Below, one piece after another: positions 41,545-53,850 of a stretch of DNA of 64,000 nt. The stretch comes from Phoronis australis. Its lineage: Eukaryota; Animalia; Phoronida. Made by a program: the position numbers and the translations under genes. The DNA lies in the NCBI GenBank assembly GCA_002633005.1, contig NMRA01000202.1:521626-585625 (forward strand). Direction: 5' to 3'. The notes under the pieces were generated by a model. That model was not told where the DNA came from and ran no database searches. It worked only from the letters and a program-made list of their open reading frames with translations. How positions within the stretch are numbered: position 1 is the stretch's first letter; each line of letters starts with the position of its first letter.

Positions 41545-43098
41545 AGGAGAATGCCACCCGATTTAATTAGTCTTTTTTACCGTCTTAATCGCTCTATATC
41601 CACATCGCCTCTTATACGGTCAACCTCACCTTGCCGAGAGGTTTCACGTTGACCTGTGTATATCGTTTTTTAGACTCGAGAGCCCGAAATGCTTAGGAAG
41701 TGGCTCGCGGTAGTGAAGAATAAAGGTACGCTGTTAATAGCAAGTATGAGGCCGTGAAAAATCTCCGTGTCTGTGGCCGGCATTTCGTCGACAGTGATTT
41801 CTCTGACGAATGCTGGCTTACCAAAGAACTATCCATACGTTTCGTTGCCTGTGAATGTTCACGGCGCCTCTCTGAATTTCTTGTTGATCAGTGTATTACG
41901 GTTCGAACTGATAGCCTTTGAAACCTAACAATCCTACTCGTAAAGTATTCGTCGGATGAGCTCTTGACTAAGTCGGGATTGGCGCCGGGCGAGTTGCCAT
42001 GTAGACGTTTATTATTCTGCGTTCTGTTTCAAAATGAATTATTCTCATCCTAACCAATGCTTATATAAAACTGAAACAAAGTCTGTCTCATTAAATACAA
42101 TTTGTAATGTCTTTACAGTACTCCTGAGTGCAAATGTTGAGAAGCCAGCAAAGAATAAACCACTCCGTTACCGGCTTTTGATGTCGGCAATAAAGGTAAT
42201 TGACCGGGCACCGAGGCCGCGGTGAGCGCATGCTAATTCTGTGTTTGTTTTCAGAAAGCTGTTGTGAAACAATTACTCGATTTTATATGCTATGGTCACA
42301 TGTTAGGGGAATCTTTATTTAGAAATACAAATACATTATTCAAATTATTGTTACTGTACAACCTTTCAGCCTTTGCCCTGACGGTCTGTGGAAGGGGAAC
42401 CCGACTTCGCGGCTTCCGACAAGTAAGTATATTTTCAGTTTCGTGGCTAATTCACATAAATGATCACGTGCACATTATTTCTTTGCCACACTATTATAGT
42501 CTTTTCGTGACTGGAGGCTTAGTTTCCAACTCAAGCTGGTTTATGTTCATGCCAGTCCCGACGGCCGCGACGGGCCTGGTTGGGTTTCGAGCCACTGTCC
42601 GGGATAACAAGCGTTTCGTGTGTTTAGAACTCAAAAAATTACAAGTCTAAATAACACAGATCTAGGTTCTCCTGTCTGTATTTCATGGAAAAATACTTCG
42701 AATTTATCTCCGAACAGGCCCCAAACTCCTGCTACGGACCTTGGTAAATTGGCCTGCCGAACTTTGTAGTCTACGGTGTGTCCAAATACCAATAAATCCG
42801 TAACAGTGAAATAAAACAACACGTTATTATAAGAACTCGGTCTGTTTTAAGGGTTTTACATCGAATTTTGATGATTTATTGGTGTTAAACAATGAATTCA
42901 ACCGATAAGCTGACACCAGTAACCCGTGTTGTGAACTGCTGAACAGACTGCGTGTGATACCAATAACGTCATTGGATAATTTCAACACATCCGTCTGCCG
43001 TCAGGTGTCAGGTAACGCAACCGAACGAGCCGTTATCGAGTAGAACTACTCGATCTAAAATGTTACGAAATAGGTTGTTTTTTGGGTAGCAGTCTCCT
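41545..43098 (+). mobile_element. Complete non-autonomous Kolobok-type element (family B, 1554 bp)
   Basis: TTAA TSD at 41541-41544 and 43099-43102. 15-bp TIR AGGAGAATGCCACCC / GGGTAGCAGTCTCCT. A + strand THAP remnant (REPEMLRKWLAVVKN.../LRVCGRHFVDSDF) faces a minus-strand KolX-like start near 42000 (...GYQFEP). Partial copies lie at 24334 and 49976. Confidence 0.9.
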
Positions 43099-43324
43099 TT
43101 AATCTTAACAGACAGCCTCGCAGCATCAGTTGGACTATAAACAACCTCTACACTTATTTAATAAGCAGTCGTAATTTCGATGAAAAATCCCGAAATTGTC
43201 GTTCCTGCATATCGGTTGTCGATCACACATTCACTGTGAATCTGTACACAGAGGCCATCATTTCGCGAAAAGAACCTCTTAAAGGGTAGTGCTTAGGGAC
43301 TAATCATATTAAACAGCTTGTTAA

Positions 43325-43850
43325 AGTGGAACTCGGACGTTCATGAACATGAAAACTACCTTTGAGATGCTTAAAACTATCATTTGCTTTATTAATTTTG
43401 GCAAGTGACTACGTCACTGAACCGACTGCATATCACAATCGCGAGTTCAATATCTCAAAAACGAGAGAATAGAAGAATAGCGACTTTAGTTGAAAGTCTC
43501 TTAGCTCCACGGACATGCATGTGAACGTACCCGGCGCCAGTGTGTAATGTCCACCAACATGCGAGTTTCCTGTACAAACTTGTGCCGTATCCAACTGAGC
43601 TTCTCTGTGGCCTTTGCCGGGGAACAAAGTGAAAAGAGCGGCCACAGCGTGGCCAAATACTGAGTTGTCACAACCCCCATTAACGTAACGCCTCGTCATT
43701 CGTTATTACCATGAACCATCGGAAATGGAGCAGGAATATCCGGCGACTTTTCACACTAAGCTCGGGATGTTGACTATTAAAGCTGTGATTGTTTGTCCCG
43801 ATTCTACGTTACATGCATCGACCAATATTATCCGTAACTCGAGATCAGTT
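43325..43850 (-). mobile_element. Degenerate THAP-bearing (Kolobok-like) remnant
   Basis: TTAA|AGTGGAACT at 43321. The minus-strand ORF from 43699 reads MTRRYVNGGCDNS...LFP and, in a shifted frame, WIRHKFVQETR, resembling a THAP N-terminus. Confidence 0.4.
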
Positions 43851-45356
43851 AACTAACATATCGTCAAATGTGTTAGTTAAATAATACAGTTTGACAACTG
43901 ATCGACTGGTGGCCGGGGTCTGGTTTTGGGGTTATGACGTCAAATTATTGCTTTAGCTCTTGAAGTCAGTTTTCTCGAAACTACCTTGTAGCAAGAAGAG
44001 TTATTCATTTTGACCAAGGCGCGAATATCCAAAATTTGCCGCCGATATGGCTCTTCAAAATACACTTGAAAGTGAAAGATGATGTGGTTACCACAACCTT
44101 TGAAATTTCCCTCCTACTGATGATATATATCTGTGCCCGCATTTTATGTCGTTCTATCGTCTCTGAAATTGGTCATGTTTTATGCACGGTTTCTCCCACT
44201 ATCTTGATAATTGTTTTAGTTCTTTTTATTAAAGAACTGATGCCCACATGGAGGTGATAGCGTTCAAGTCATACTTGAATAGAGTAACCAAACCATTTCA
44301 TGAGTGGTTCTGGACGTGAAACTAAGGCATATTATATTCCTTTTCGAAATAACACCATTAGACAGTCAAAAGTTGGCAGTTAGGTCATTTCCAATGTACT
44401 TATATTTGGCACAAACTCATTTTTTTCCTGAGAACCTTATGCGATAAATTTCTGAAGGCATTTAAATTGCCCTGTGATGACGTCAGTCAATATCAGGTAA
44501 TTTACAAGGTCAGCCAAGTTTTCATGAAAACCACCCCAGGACCAGTAATTAAACTGTTAGTTTAGCCTTGATACAAAGAAAAAGCTGTCCCTATTTTTTG
44601 CAAGTAAAGCCTGAAGACTAAAACGACAGCAAATTATTTCTTTCACTAATCACTCGAGCATTTGGTGTACAGCGAAGCAGAGATGTGACGGATAAAAGCT
44701 AATTTTATAAATAAACTGAAAGTTTCTTTGTCCGTTGTCCAAACAACCCAGCAATATTCGCGCAGTGTTGACATAAATTTATTCTCAGATAATTCATAAG
44801 CCAACGTGCGTTTTCTTACAGATACATACTTCTAGACCCGGTCGCGATAATGTGGTATGTTTAAAATAAAACAGAAGCAATAAATCTTGTACTATCAAGC
44901 ATCAAAAAGAATGTAAAGCAAATATTTCTGCTTTTGATAAGTTCTTTTGCTTTTTCCTCGTAAAATTTCCTTTTGCCGAACTATAATCGCGGGTACTTCC
45001 GAAGACGGTCTACAACATGTTGGTTGACAATTACAGGATGGTCACGCCATATCTGGAGACTGGGTCAAGATGTCACATTTCTGAAAAAGGAGAATGCGCG
45101 TTGCGCTATGGGACGAAAGCAACCGGTACCAGGGCATTTAATAGGTCGCGTTTGCTGACAATTAAGGGCCGGTAGCTGCGCAGACCCCCTCTGGATTGGT
45201 TGGCATACGCTATCCGTGACGTCAGAGTGTAAGTTACATGTTAACTTGTATCAACGTGAGCGTTACAGCGCCATCTTTTGTTAGCTCGGTGGAAAACATT
45301 GATCATCTGATTCACTATCGTGGCATGCGCGCACTCGATGGCTCGAGCGAGCCCCC

Positions 45357-45490
45357 CAGTGGCAGATTTAGAGGGGGCCAAGGGGGCCGTGCCCCCCCCT
45401 AAAATTCTCCAAGATTCCATTGGGCAGTTCGGGAGTGCCAATGTCTGACAGGCAAAATCCTGGCTAATACTCTGCCCTGGCCCCCCTGGT
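45357..45490. mobile_element. Partial GC-rich MITE (CAGTGGCAGATTTAG terminus)
   Basis: The terminus resembles those at 12175 and 57387, followed by GGGGGCC...GCCCCCCC motifs. Confidence 0.5.
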
Positions 45491-47688
45491 ATTAGTGAAC
45501 TTGTTAAAGAAAACACCCACAGTAGCAGTATTGCTGAATATATGGAAGAGAACACCATTCAGTAAATGATATTTTTATACTTAAATGTAGGGCTTTTGTT
45601 AAGGACTAAATTATTTCTACGAAAACACGTGAACCACGAGCTGAACATGACATTGGAAACTGCGCGTCATGAAGTATTCAAGTGTTTTTTGTTTTGTTTA
45701 TAAGAAGTTGTGATTATACTTTGGGCCATTGTGGCAGGTGAGTGTTCCAGATCAGTTTTACAGGACCATTAAAATACTATTAAGAGCTATCCGTTTTGTA
45801 GATTGCGAGCTTAAGCAAACTGGACACAAAACCTGCAAATACGACGAATTTGCAATAAATACGGTCGTGAATATAACGTGTGGAGAACTGTGTACGTATC
45901 GACACTTTCAGTCCATGGAACGGTTGACTGACTACCTCTATCAAAATGTTAGGCTACTGCTAAATGCGTGTAGTCAGTGCAATATAATCTCCTGTTCTTG
46001 TTTTGTAAACAAAGTACATACATATATTTGTCGTCATAAATTCATATTTTTATAATCGTAACACCTAATTGTAATACGTTGTGTACAAGTACTTCGCGAA
46101 CCGCTGATTTGATAAATTTGTCAGGTTGGAGCTAAAAAATAGGGCTGTCGCTTACCCGATGGAAAAGGTGGCTGTACATTCTGACTGAGGGGCTATTTTT
46201 GTGAGGAAATTTCCTGAAAAACCACAAAATTTGCGATTTTTGAAATATGCGCGAAGGATTATCTCTGTGGTTACCACAGAATTTTTAATCTACCTACCAC
46301 TTATGATAAGTCCGCGCATTCGCACAGTCAGTTACTCGAAGTCGCTTGAGTTGAAAAGTCATTTTTTCTGTAAGGGAAAAGTGCTACGTCTATGTCTTGT
46401 CACACCAAATAAGGAGACGTGCTTTGCCTTGTGGGAAAAAATCGACCAAGTTGCGAGCAGTTGACAGATCGTTTTTTATTTTGAAATTTGAAACTAAAAG
46501 AAAATGCTTTGACATTAACAGAAATTAAAAATCTTTACTAAAAATCCTAAAAATACCTGGTGAGCAAGTTTAATTCTGTATCAGTGGCAGAGAACCAATT
46601 TCAGTATTGCAATTTAGTCTGTTATCGCGTTCCAGGCCTCTTTAATGCGGCACTGCCTACACTAAATAAATGAGAAATAGTAATCATCACATATCAAATC
46701 TCTTTGTGTGAATCATATACATGAATAACTTATTACTCGTAATCATATGTCATTGTAATCTTAACATCAGTTTATCAATTTATGTATTTTTGTATAATTG
46801 TGTATAGATTTCTTTGTATTTGTTTAGACCAGATACAATGCCCCTTGGCGCTTTCTGGTTCTGTATGTTTATTGCACTGACTATTTGATAATAAACAGTC
46901 AAAAATGATGTTTTATTTTGGTGATTTCACTCATTATGCTGACAAAATAGCATTGGACTATCGAAAAAGTGAAATTTCACGATCATGGCGAAACCGTGAT
47001 ACTGGTGATGTCATTTTTCCCGATCCGGTACTGACAGTGATGCGCGGACTTTTGTGACCTAATATGTTAACTTAACTGGAGCTAATGGACACAAAAACAT
47101 TGGTGCCTAAAATCATATTTATGCTGAACTGAAAACGATTTCGACAAATTTTGCAATGTTCAATATGGATATCCGCTGAGTATCTGGTGGCTTTCTGCTT
47201 GGGAATAAGTGAACTGACTGAATTTCACCATATTACGTCAAAAGTCATGGAAATGCCAATGTCCTGGAGGGTTATTTCAGACTGGCAGAAATCATGTATT
47301 GTCCCTTCAGTTGGTGTTCAGGGATCGAATGATAAATATTTTCACGAAAATCAGCCCGCATTAAGTTCAGCAAAGCAGTCTTCAATTTCTTACAAGATTA
47401 ATCCTTAGTGGTCAAAAAACCCTGACGAATCAGTTGATTTTCGTGGGCTACATAAACATGTAAATCGGAAACCAATGGCAGGTCAAGAAAATAACGAGAG
47501 TTTATTTACCCAGAAATTGCGCCCAATCCCCCACCCCTTAGTCCTCCGTCTCTGCTTATAAGTTAACTTAAAGTTAGCGCATTACCATTTTCTCTTTAAA
47601 ATCCTCTACCTTCATATGGGGAACAGCACTCGTCACTTTCACCTCAAGCTTCGAGATAAACTTGACACACCTTTACCTTGTGCCATCA

Positions 47689-47808
47689 TAGGCTATCTAT
47701 GGCGCCATGCAGGCTGGGGTAGCTAGTCGCTGGTTCCCCGTGCGTGCCGCTAGGTGGTACTAGAGCTCGGCACACAGGGGACCAGGGGGGTATCAAACGG
47801 ATAGCCTA
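47689..47808. repeat. Small inverted-repeat element
   Basis: TAGGCTATC / GATAGCCTA ends and inner CTGGTTCCCCGTGCGTGCCG / CGGCACACAGGGGACCAG. Confidence 0.55.
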
Positions 47809-49067
47809 CACTAAAAGTGACGTTTAGTACTGGAGAAGAAGCGCGTCATGCTGTTACGTTATGAAATTGGGCCAATGAGAACGGATAAAACTTATTTCGA
47901 GTACCTAGCCAACTCTACGCTTGCGAAATGTTTTCGTTCGCCGGCCCACTTAGGAAACCACACAGTAGCATTTCATGTCATCAATTAAAGTGATCCATGA
48001 CAGCGTTTTCCCGTTCAGTAACTTTGCCAGACGAAGGGAGTTCTGAGCGTGTGATAACATCTAGCTTCTTTGTTAACTGCCAAGCGCAGTCTCTTGTCTG
48101 TTATGACAACAGGCACGCCAATTATCTACCAGGCTTATTACAAACCACTGTGAACACCGCCAACCCAGACTCTGAGTGAATTGACACATTCGGAAAGAAT
48201 AGATTATCGTAACTTCGGTTGGCAGTTGGGCGATTTTGGCGATTCTAAACCTAAACATGGTCACCATTTGACGAGGATTTCAGAAATGTTGTTTGTTTAT
48301 GTTCAAATATGTTATAACTTAACTTTTCCAGTCAGGCTAGATCTCATTGAAGATTAGAGCAATTATCGAACAAAAGAGAGCTAGCCCTCCAACCATGAAT
48401 GCCAGAATGGAGTTAATCAGTCGTGTAAGATATGGGCTACAGGGGTAAACTTCCCAACTTGTTGTTGGGCTGTAGTACCGAGCAAGTTGGGAGCAAGGGG
48501 AAAACGCCGTAATGTAAAACAACCACTGGAGCAAATGGTCACCAGATGGCGAGACCAGCTCGTTCACGAGTCGGCTTACTTAGAAATGCCAAACAACATG
48601 TCGCGGAAATGGACATTTCATGAGTCCGCTCAAAAATAGTTCAACAAAGGGGCAATTTACGATAAAAGAGAGCAAGCATAGCTATCAAAAAACAGAAAGT
48701 TTCGCTTGGAATTGCTTTTTATTTCCTGTGTAACAAGATAATGTCATACTTTTTTTTTGTCTGGGGATACAACATTTGGTTATATGTGGAGATAATCTGA
48801 CCGGATCTAAGACTTGAGAGAGACAATGCTGTGGTGCTGTTCTTACTGGATCGAGGGACAGGTTGTTCATTAGTTTTGCTCTTTCCTAAATGTTTGAAAC
48901 ATCCACACGGTTATAGGCGAAGCGTAATAGTCAGTGTCTTTGAGATTTGATTACAGTGCCTCATGCATTGATTCTAGAGGAAGACTTGTTACAAAATTGT
49001 AGGCCCTACAGGCCTCAGCCAGCGCGCATAAAAAGCTGTCTCGTGAGTCGTCAGACTTCGGTCAATT

Positions 49068-49110
49068 CAAGAATCAAGAATCTTTATTTAACGTCGTTCA
49101 ACTAGGTGGT
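49068..49110 (-). mobile_element. Possible 3' tail of a CR1/L2-group LINE or SINE
   Basis: The minus strand reads AATAAAG(ATTCTTG)2, a typical short-repeat 3' tail. No RT ORF remains. Confidence 0.35.
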
Positions 49111-50326
49111 TAGGGATAGGGCTTACTCCCGGGGTCCTAAGTTTAGAAAAGGCATAGCTGTGGATCAATTAGACCCACTGGGGTCAATTTGGAGGACCAA
49201 TATGTCACATTGTCTGTCCGTTTTATTCAGATTCGATTAATGTGCGATTTCGTCTGCTACCTAGCTCAATTCGTTACGTCACACTCTGAGTGGGAGATAG
49301 GTCCATCTACCCATACAGCTAACCGGATTTCATTTTATTCAAAACATATCCGTAGTTGGTGCCTGTTCATAATATCTCGAACCCTGTATTGCAAACTTAG
49401 TTGTTTTGGTTATCCGTTCTGCATTGTTGTGTCCGAAATCTGACAGCAATGAGCATGATTCTTGTTTAAGATAAAGTCGGGTTTGTGTTTTACACAATTT
49501 TATTGCCTGCTCCATTGAACATTTTTTGCATCACTGTCACGAGTCGCACACCTGGTACTCCACTATATTTTGATGCGGCGGCGATGCAGCAGCTGGAAAA
49601 TTAATAGAGTAGAATACCCGTAGCTTTTTAATGATTCCAGGCTATTTCGTGTGGTATGTTCAATAACCATCAGTACTGACCCATTGTACATTGTCAATTT
49701 TGTGCTGTTGTGACAGTTAAGTCTAATTTCTCTGAAAGTCGAGTATTTTTCTCCATTCGAGGTTTTTTGGTGGAAGTATTTCAGACAAATCACAGCTGCT
49801 TCACAACATTTGTATTTTTTTGGTAAAAATAATGCTAAATTAATCTTTTATAAATAATAATCAGAAACTAAACAGTTCTAAAAATTCCCAGTTTTAGTTG
49901 CATTTGCATTTCAGCCAGTGTTTCATTTTTGTTGGCATCACTATGCAGTAATTGTGCTCTACTCAATAGTATCATAAACAATGATTTGAATAATGTATTT
50001 ATATTTCTTAATAAAGATTCCTCTTACATTTGACAACAGCATATAAAATCGAGTAATTGTTTCACAATAGCTTTCTGTCAGCAAACACTGAATTAGCATG
50101 CGCTTGGTGCCCGGTCAATTACCTTTGTTGCCGTCATCAAAAGCCAGTAATGCAGTAGTTTGTTCATTGGTGGCTTCTCAAAACATTTGCACTCACGAGC
50201 ACTGCAAGGCATTACAAATTGTATCTAATGAGACAGACTTTGTTTCAGTTTCGTATAAGCTGCATTGGTTAGGATCATTTTAGGATGAGAATAATTCATT
50301 TTGAAACAGAATAATAAACTTCTACA

Positions 50327-50500
50327 TGGCAACTTGCCGGCGCCAATCCCAACTTGGTCGAGAGCTCATCTGACGAAGACTTCACTGATGGATCGTTCGG
50401 TTTCACAGACTATCAGTTGGAACCGGAATACACTGATCAAGAAATACTAGAGAGACGCCGTGAACATGCACAGGCAACGGAACGTATGGATAGTTCTTTC
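50327..50500 (+). pseudogene. N-terminal fragment of a KolX-like accessory ORF
   Basis: Acidic ESSSDEDF...DYQLEPEYTDQEILERRRE, antiparallel to the THAP remnant inside the same element. The Y-x-F/L-E-P motif also occurs in family A (YLFEP). Confidence 0.5.
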
Positions 50501-50504
50501 AGTG

Positions 50505-50737
50505 GTAAGCCGGAATTCGTCAGAGAAATCACTGTCGACGAAGTGCCAGCCACAGACACGGAGATGTTTCACCTCCTCGTACTTGCTATTCACAGCATAC
50601 CTTTCATTCTTCACTACCGCGAGTCATTTCCTAAGCATTTCGGGCTCTCGAGGAAGTCGAAAAAACGATATACCCGCTTTCTTCGCAGCTTCATACTTCG
50701 GACAAGCGGGAACCGATGCATCGCAATATAGCAGCAT
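50505..50737 (-). pseudogene. THAP zinc-finger domain of a Kolobok transposase (pseudogenised)
   Basis: MLLYCDASVPACPKYEAAKKAGISFFRLPREPEMLRK*LAVVKNERYAVNSKYEEVKHLRVCGWHFVDSDFSDEF. The C..C, F-x-L-P, W (here TGA; TGG in the 41545 copy) and VCxxHFxxxDF THAP signatures are present. Confidence 0.85.
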
Positions 50738-53700
50738 TCACTCTGTAGACGAACCACTGACGTCGCTGCATCGCTTCTCAGCTTCCTCACAGGTTAACAC
50801 GACACCTCTCGGCAAGGTGAGCTCGGCGGTATTGAAGAGGCGATGTGGATATAGACCGATTAAGACGGTAAAAAAGACTAATTAAATCGGGTGGCATTCT
50901 GAACTTAACCACCATCAAAACATTTCATATCGCTTATCCAGCCAAATTTATATATATTTGGCAAGTCAAATTAAGGGATGTGTGTTCATATTTAAAACAA
51001 CCAAGCTTGAATAACTGTCGCTGATAACCATTACTTTGGAAAAAAGACTATTACATGCAGTTAAATCTTACTAATTTTGTGACAAAAGTGATTGCNCACG
51101 ACAACTTCGCGTTATGCTAGACGAGATGGCTCTGCCGTACAATTTCCTCTGTACACTGTGGCAAGTCTTTATGCTTCAACTACTATAGCTCATCTGAATA
51201 TCTTGTTGACTTAGGCTCATATTATAATATTCTACATATTTAGTGATTGGTTAATAAAAACCACATTATCATCCAATCACATCAATGGCTGTTACAGTTT
51301 GTTCTCAGAATTTTCTAGAATCTCTAGAGTGCTTTGACCCATGTAACCAAAGTTGTACCATTTAAAAATAGATTTTGACGTTAAAGTACATGTCAACAAG
51401 TTTGATCCCATGATTTAAAAGTACTTATGCACAAATTTTGGGCAACTTAAAATGTATATATTTATGTCTTACAATTACTTAATCATTATTTATTCCAACA
51501 TATTTGTTTTAATACACCAACACTGATACGTTTTTCCTCTGATTTTTCATCTTTTATTAGATTAAATTGTTCTTAGCTGCTTTGATATACTGGCATCGTC
51601 GGCATGCTTTGTATAGTGAGAGTTTAAATATGATATCTGGTCAGATTACAAATAAGGGTCATTTGACATCCAGGCAGCAGTGTAATGAAAAGTGATATTC
51701 TATGCCCAACTTGGTCAATATTACAATACAGCTGAAGTAATATCATGCCATGTTTGAACCAATCTGAAGGATGCAAACATGGTTGTTGTGTAATTATTGT
51801 AGGTAATGCTATATTTATCTAACCTTGACACTAAAGTTACTGAACCTTCAGTACAAAGCAATGGTTGCTCAGAAGCTGTCCTCAAAAGTTCAGAGTTAGA
51901 CTTACATCTTTAAAAAGTTAACCACAAACTACCTTTTCCAAGTTTTGCCACTAACCAGTGTCATGTTACTGTCCAGTTCATGTAGTTGCAGTATAGCGCA
52001 TTTACTTGAAGGGTTTGTATCTCAAAGTCTGCTCTGAGAATGACAGAGGACAATAAACACCACTCTTATGCCCCATTAAATAGTTTTATCTGTTGACAGT
52101 AAATCCCTGTGTTATTGCTAGTAGGTTTGCTTTTGATTTTGGAATAGGCATTGTTTTTCAATCCTGAGATAAGAAGAGGTATAAAGATAGCTATGTCTTG
52201 CTTCATCTAGTTCTTGTGGAAACTTGTGGTGGGTATATTGGTTTGATTTAAGTGAGGCTTTTATGTATAGGACCTTATGAAGTGTACACTTAGCCAAATA
52301 TCTATAAAAATATAAGATTTGACTTAAAGCAAAAGTTTATATTTTCTGGAAGTAGAAATTCCATAGACTTTGATTTTTGACTTAATAAACAATCTCAGGT
52401 CACGTGACCGTGCTTTCTTAGTAAAATTTTGTAAAAGAATCAAAACAACAGGGTCAATAATATCAGCAAAACTTCGTATGATAAAATCCCAAAAGGGCAG
52501 GCTACAGTTTTTTAAATAATCAATTCGTTTTTTATGAAACTTTTATTTAGTAATATTTTTTTCCTGGAAATCGTGTAAGTCCTTTTTTTGCTAAAACCAA
52601 TTCCTAACATTACTTTGGAGAACATTACGCAAGGCATAGTACTTGAGAGTTTCACGTGCATCCGACCAGCCATTTCTGAGGTATGACGTTGACCAAAATT
52701 GAACTTTTTCCTAGGTTGCTACATAGTCTAAATGTTGTCAACTTTGGCTGAAAGGGGTTACACCTGTAGCGGACCATGTCAGTGCACAGTGCCATTACTG
52801 TTCATGTACTTATCAGTACACCTGTAATTAAGACTTTTTGTAATTTGTGTGAATCATCCTCTGTGTGGATATATCAACCTTTAGTTGTTTATTACGCCAC
52901 TGAACTTGTATGGGAATGAATGAAAATGTTCGTGTAATTTAAAGGGTAAGGTAAAATCTCACATGTTATGGACAAAAATAATTGTCAAAATTGATCGTTT
53001 TTCATTTCTCAAAAGCTCTTAACGTTAAATATCATACTCCTGGAGTGTATAAATCAAGAAATTTCCACTATCACAATCTACTCTAGAATTACGCTCGATT
53101 AAACTTGGCAAGCACGCCTTTTGTGTTGGTACACAATACTGTGGTTAAGCTGGTCAGAGCTTACAATCACACAAAGGAATCAACAGGTGAGAGTTGAGTC
53201 TAGTTTTTCTGAAAGTTGACCGTTTTTCTCCATTCAAAGTTTTTTGGTGAAAGTATTTCATAAAACATTCCTGCTTCACCACATTTGTTGAAAATTGTTT
53301 GCAAATAGTATTTTTAAATATGGGTTGGCATCGCTGTTTACAACATAATTGCTGGATTAAGTGAGCATCAGGTGAAAGCAGACATTAAGAGAGCTGGACT
53401 ATGTAAACATTGGTTTGCCACTGTCAAACTGATAAGGACAAGCCTGTATCCCATCCCCACTGGCCTACCTTGTAGTCCAGGTACTCATTCCACATCGTGG
53501 GTGCGTAGCAACGTCATTGTGATTGCACACAATTTATCAATATTTCCATTGAACTTATAAATGGTAAAGGATTTTTTGATGCTTGGTATCTTTATGAAAA
53601 GATGAAAAAAAATTATTATGTATCACTTGTCTTGCCTTATTATGTCCTAAAATAGTGAGATTTTCCTGTAATGCAAATTGAAAGTTATGTTTTGACGTTA

Positions 53701-53850
53701 GCTGATTGCAGAACCTCTCCTGTTGCTTATCTTGATCAATGTATTCCTTTATTGTTTCAGCTGAGGAGCACTTTTCCGCTCACGTTTTCCACGTTATAAA
53801 AGTTTGGTTACAGATGAAGCTTGAAAAGTCATTGCCAGTCACAGATAAAG

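Larger units (their letters stand above)
49976..50900 (-). mobile_element. Partial Kolobok family B copy (left-end ~0.9 kb, inverted)
   Basis: Ends ...AATTAAATCGGGTGGCATTCT, the reverse complement of the 41545 terminus lacking the last 3 nt. Colinear with 41548-42350. Confidence 0.88.

Noticed and set aside
48337-48567. Minus-strand ORF with a hydrophobic C-terminus
   Set aside because: A single hydrophobic stretch in T-rich sequence with no homology cue.
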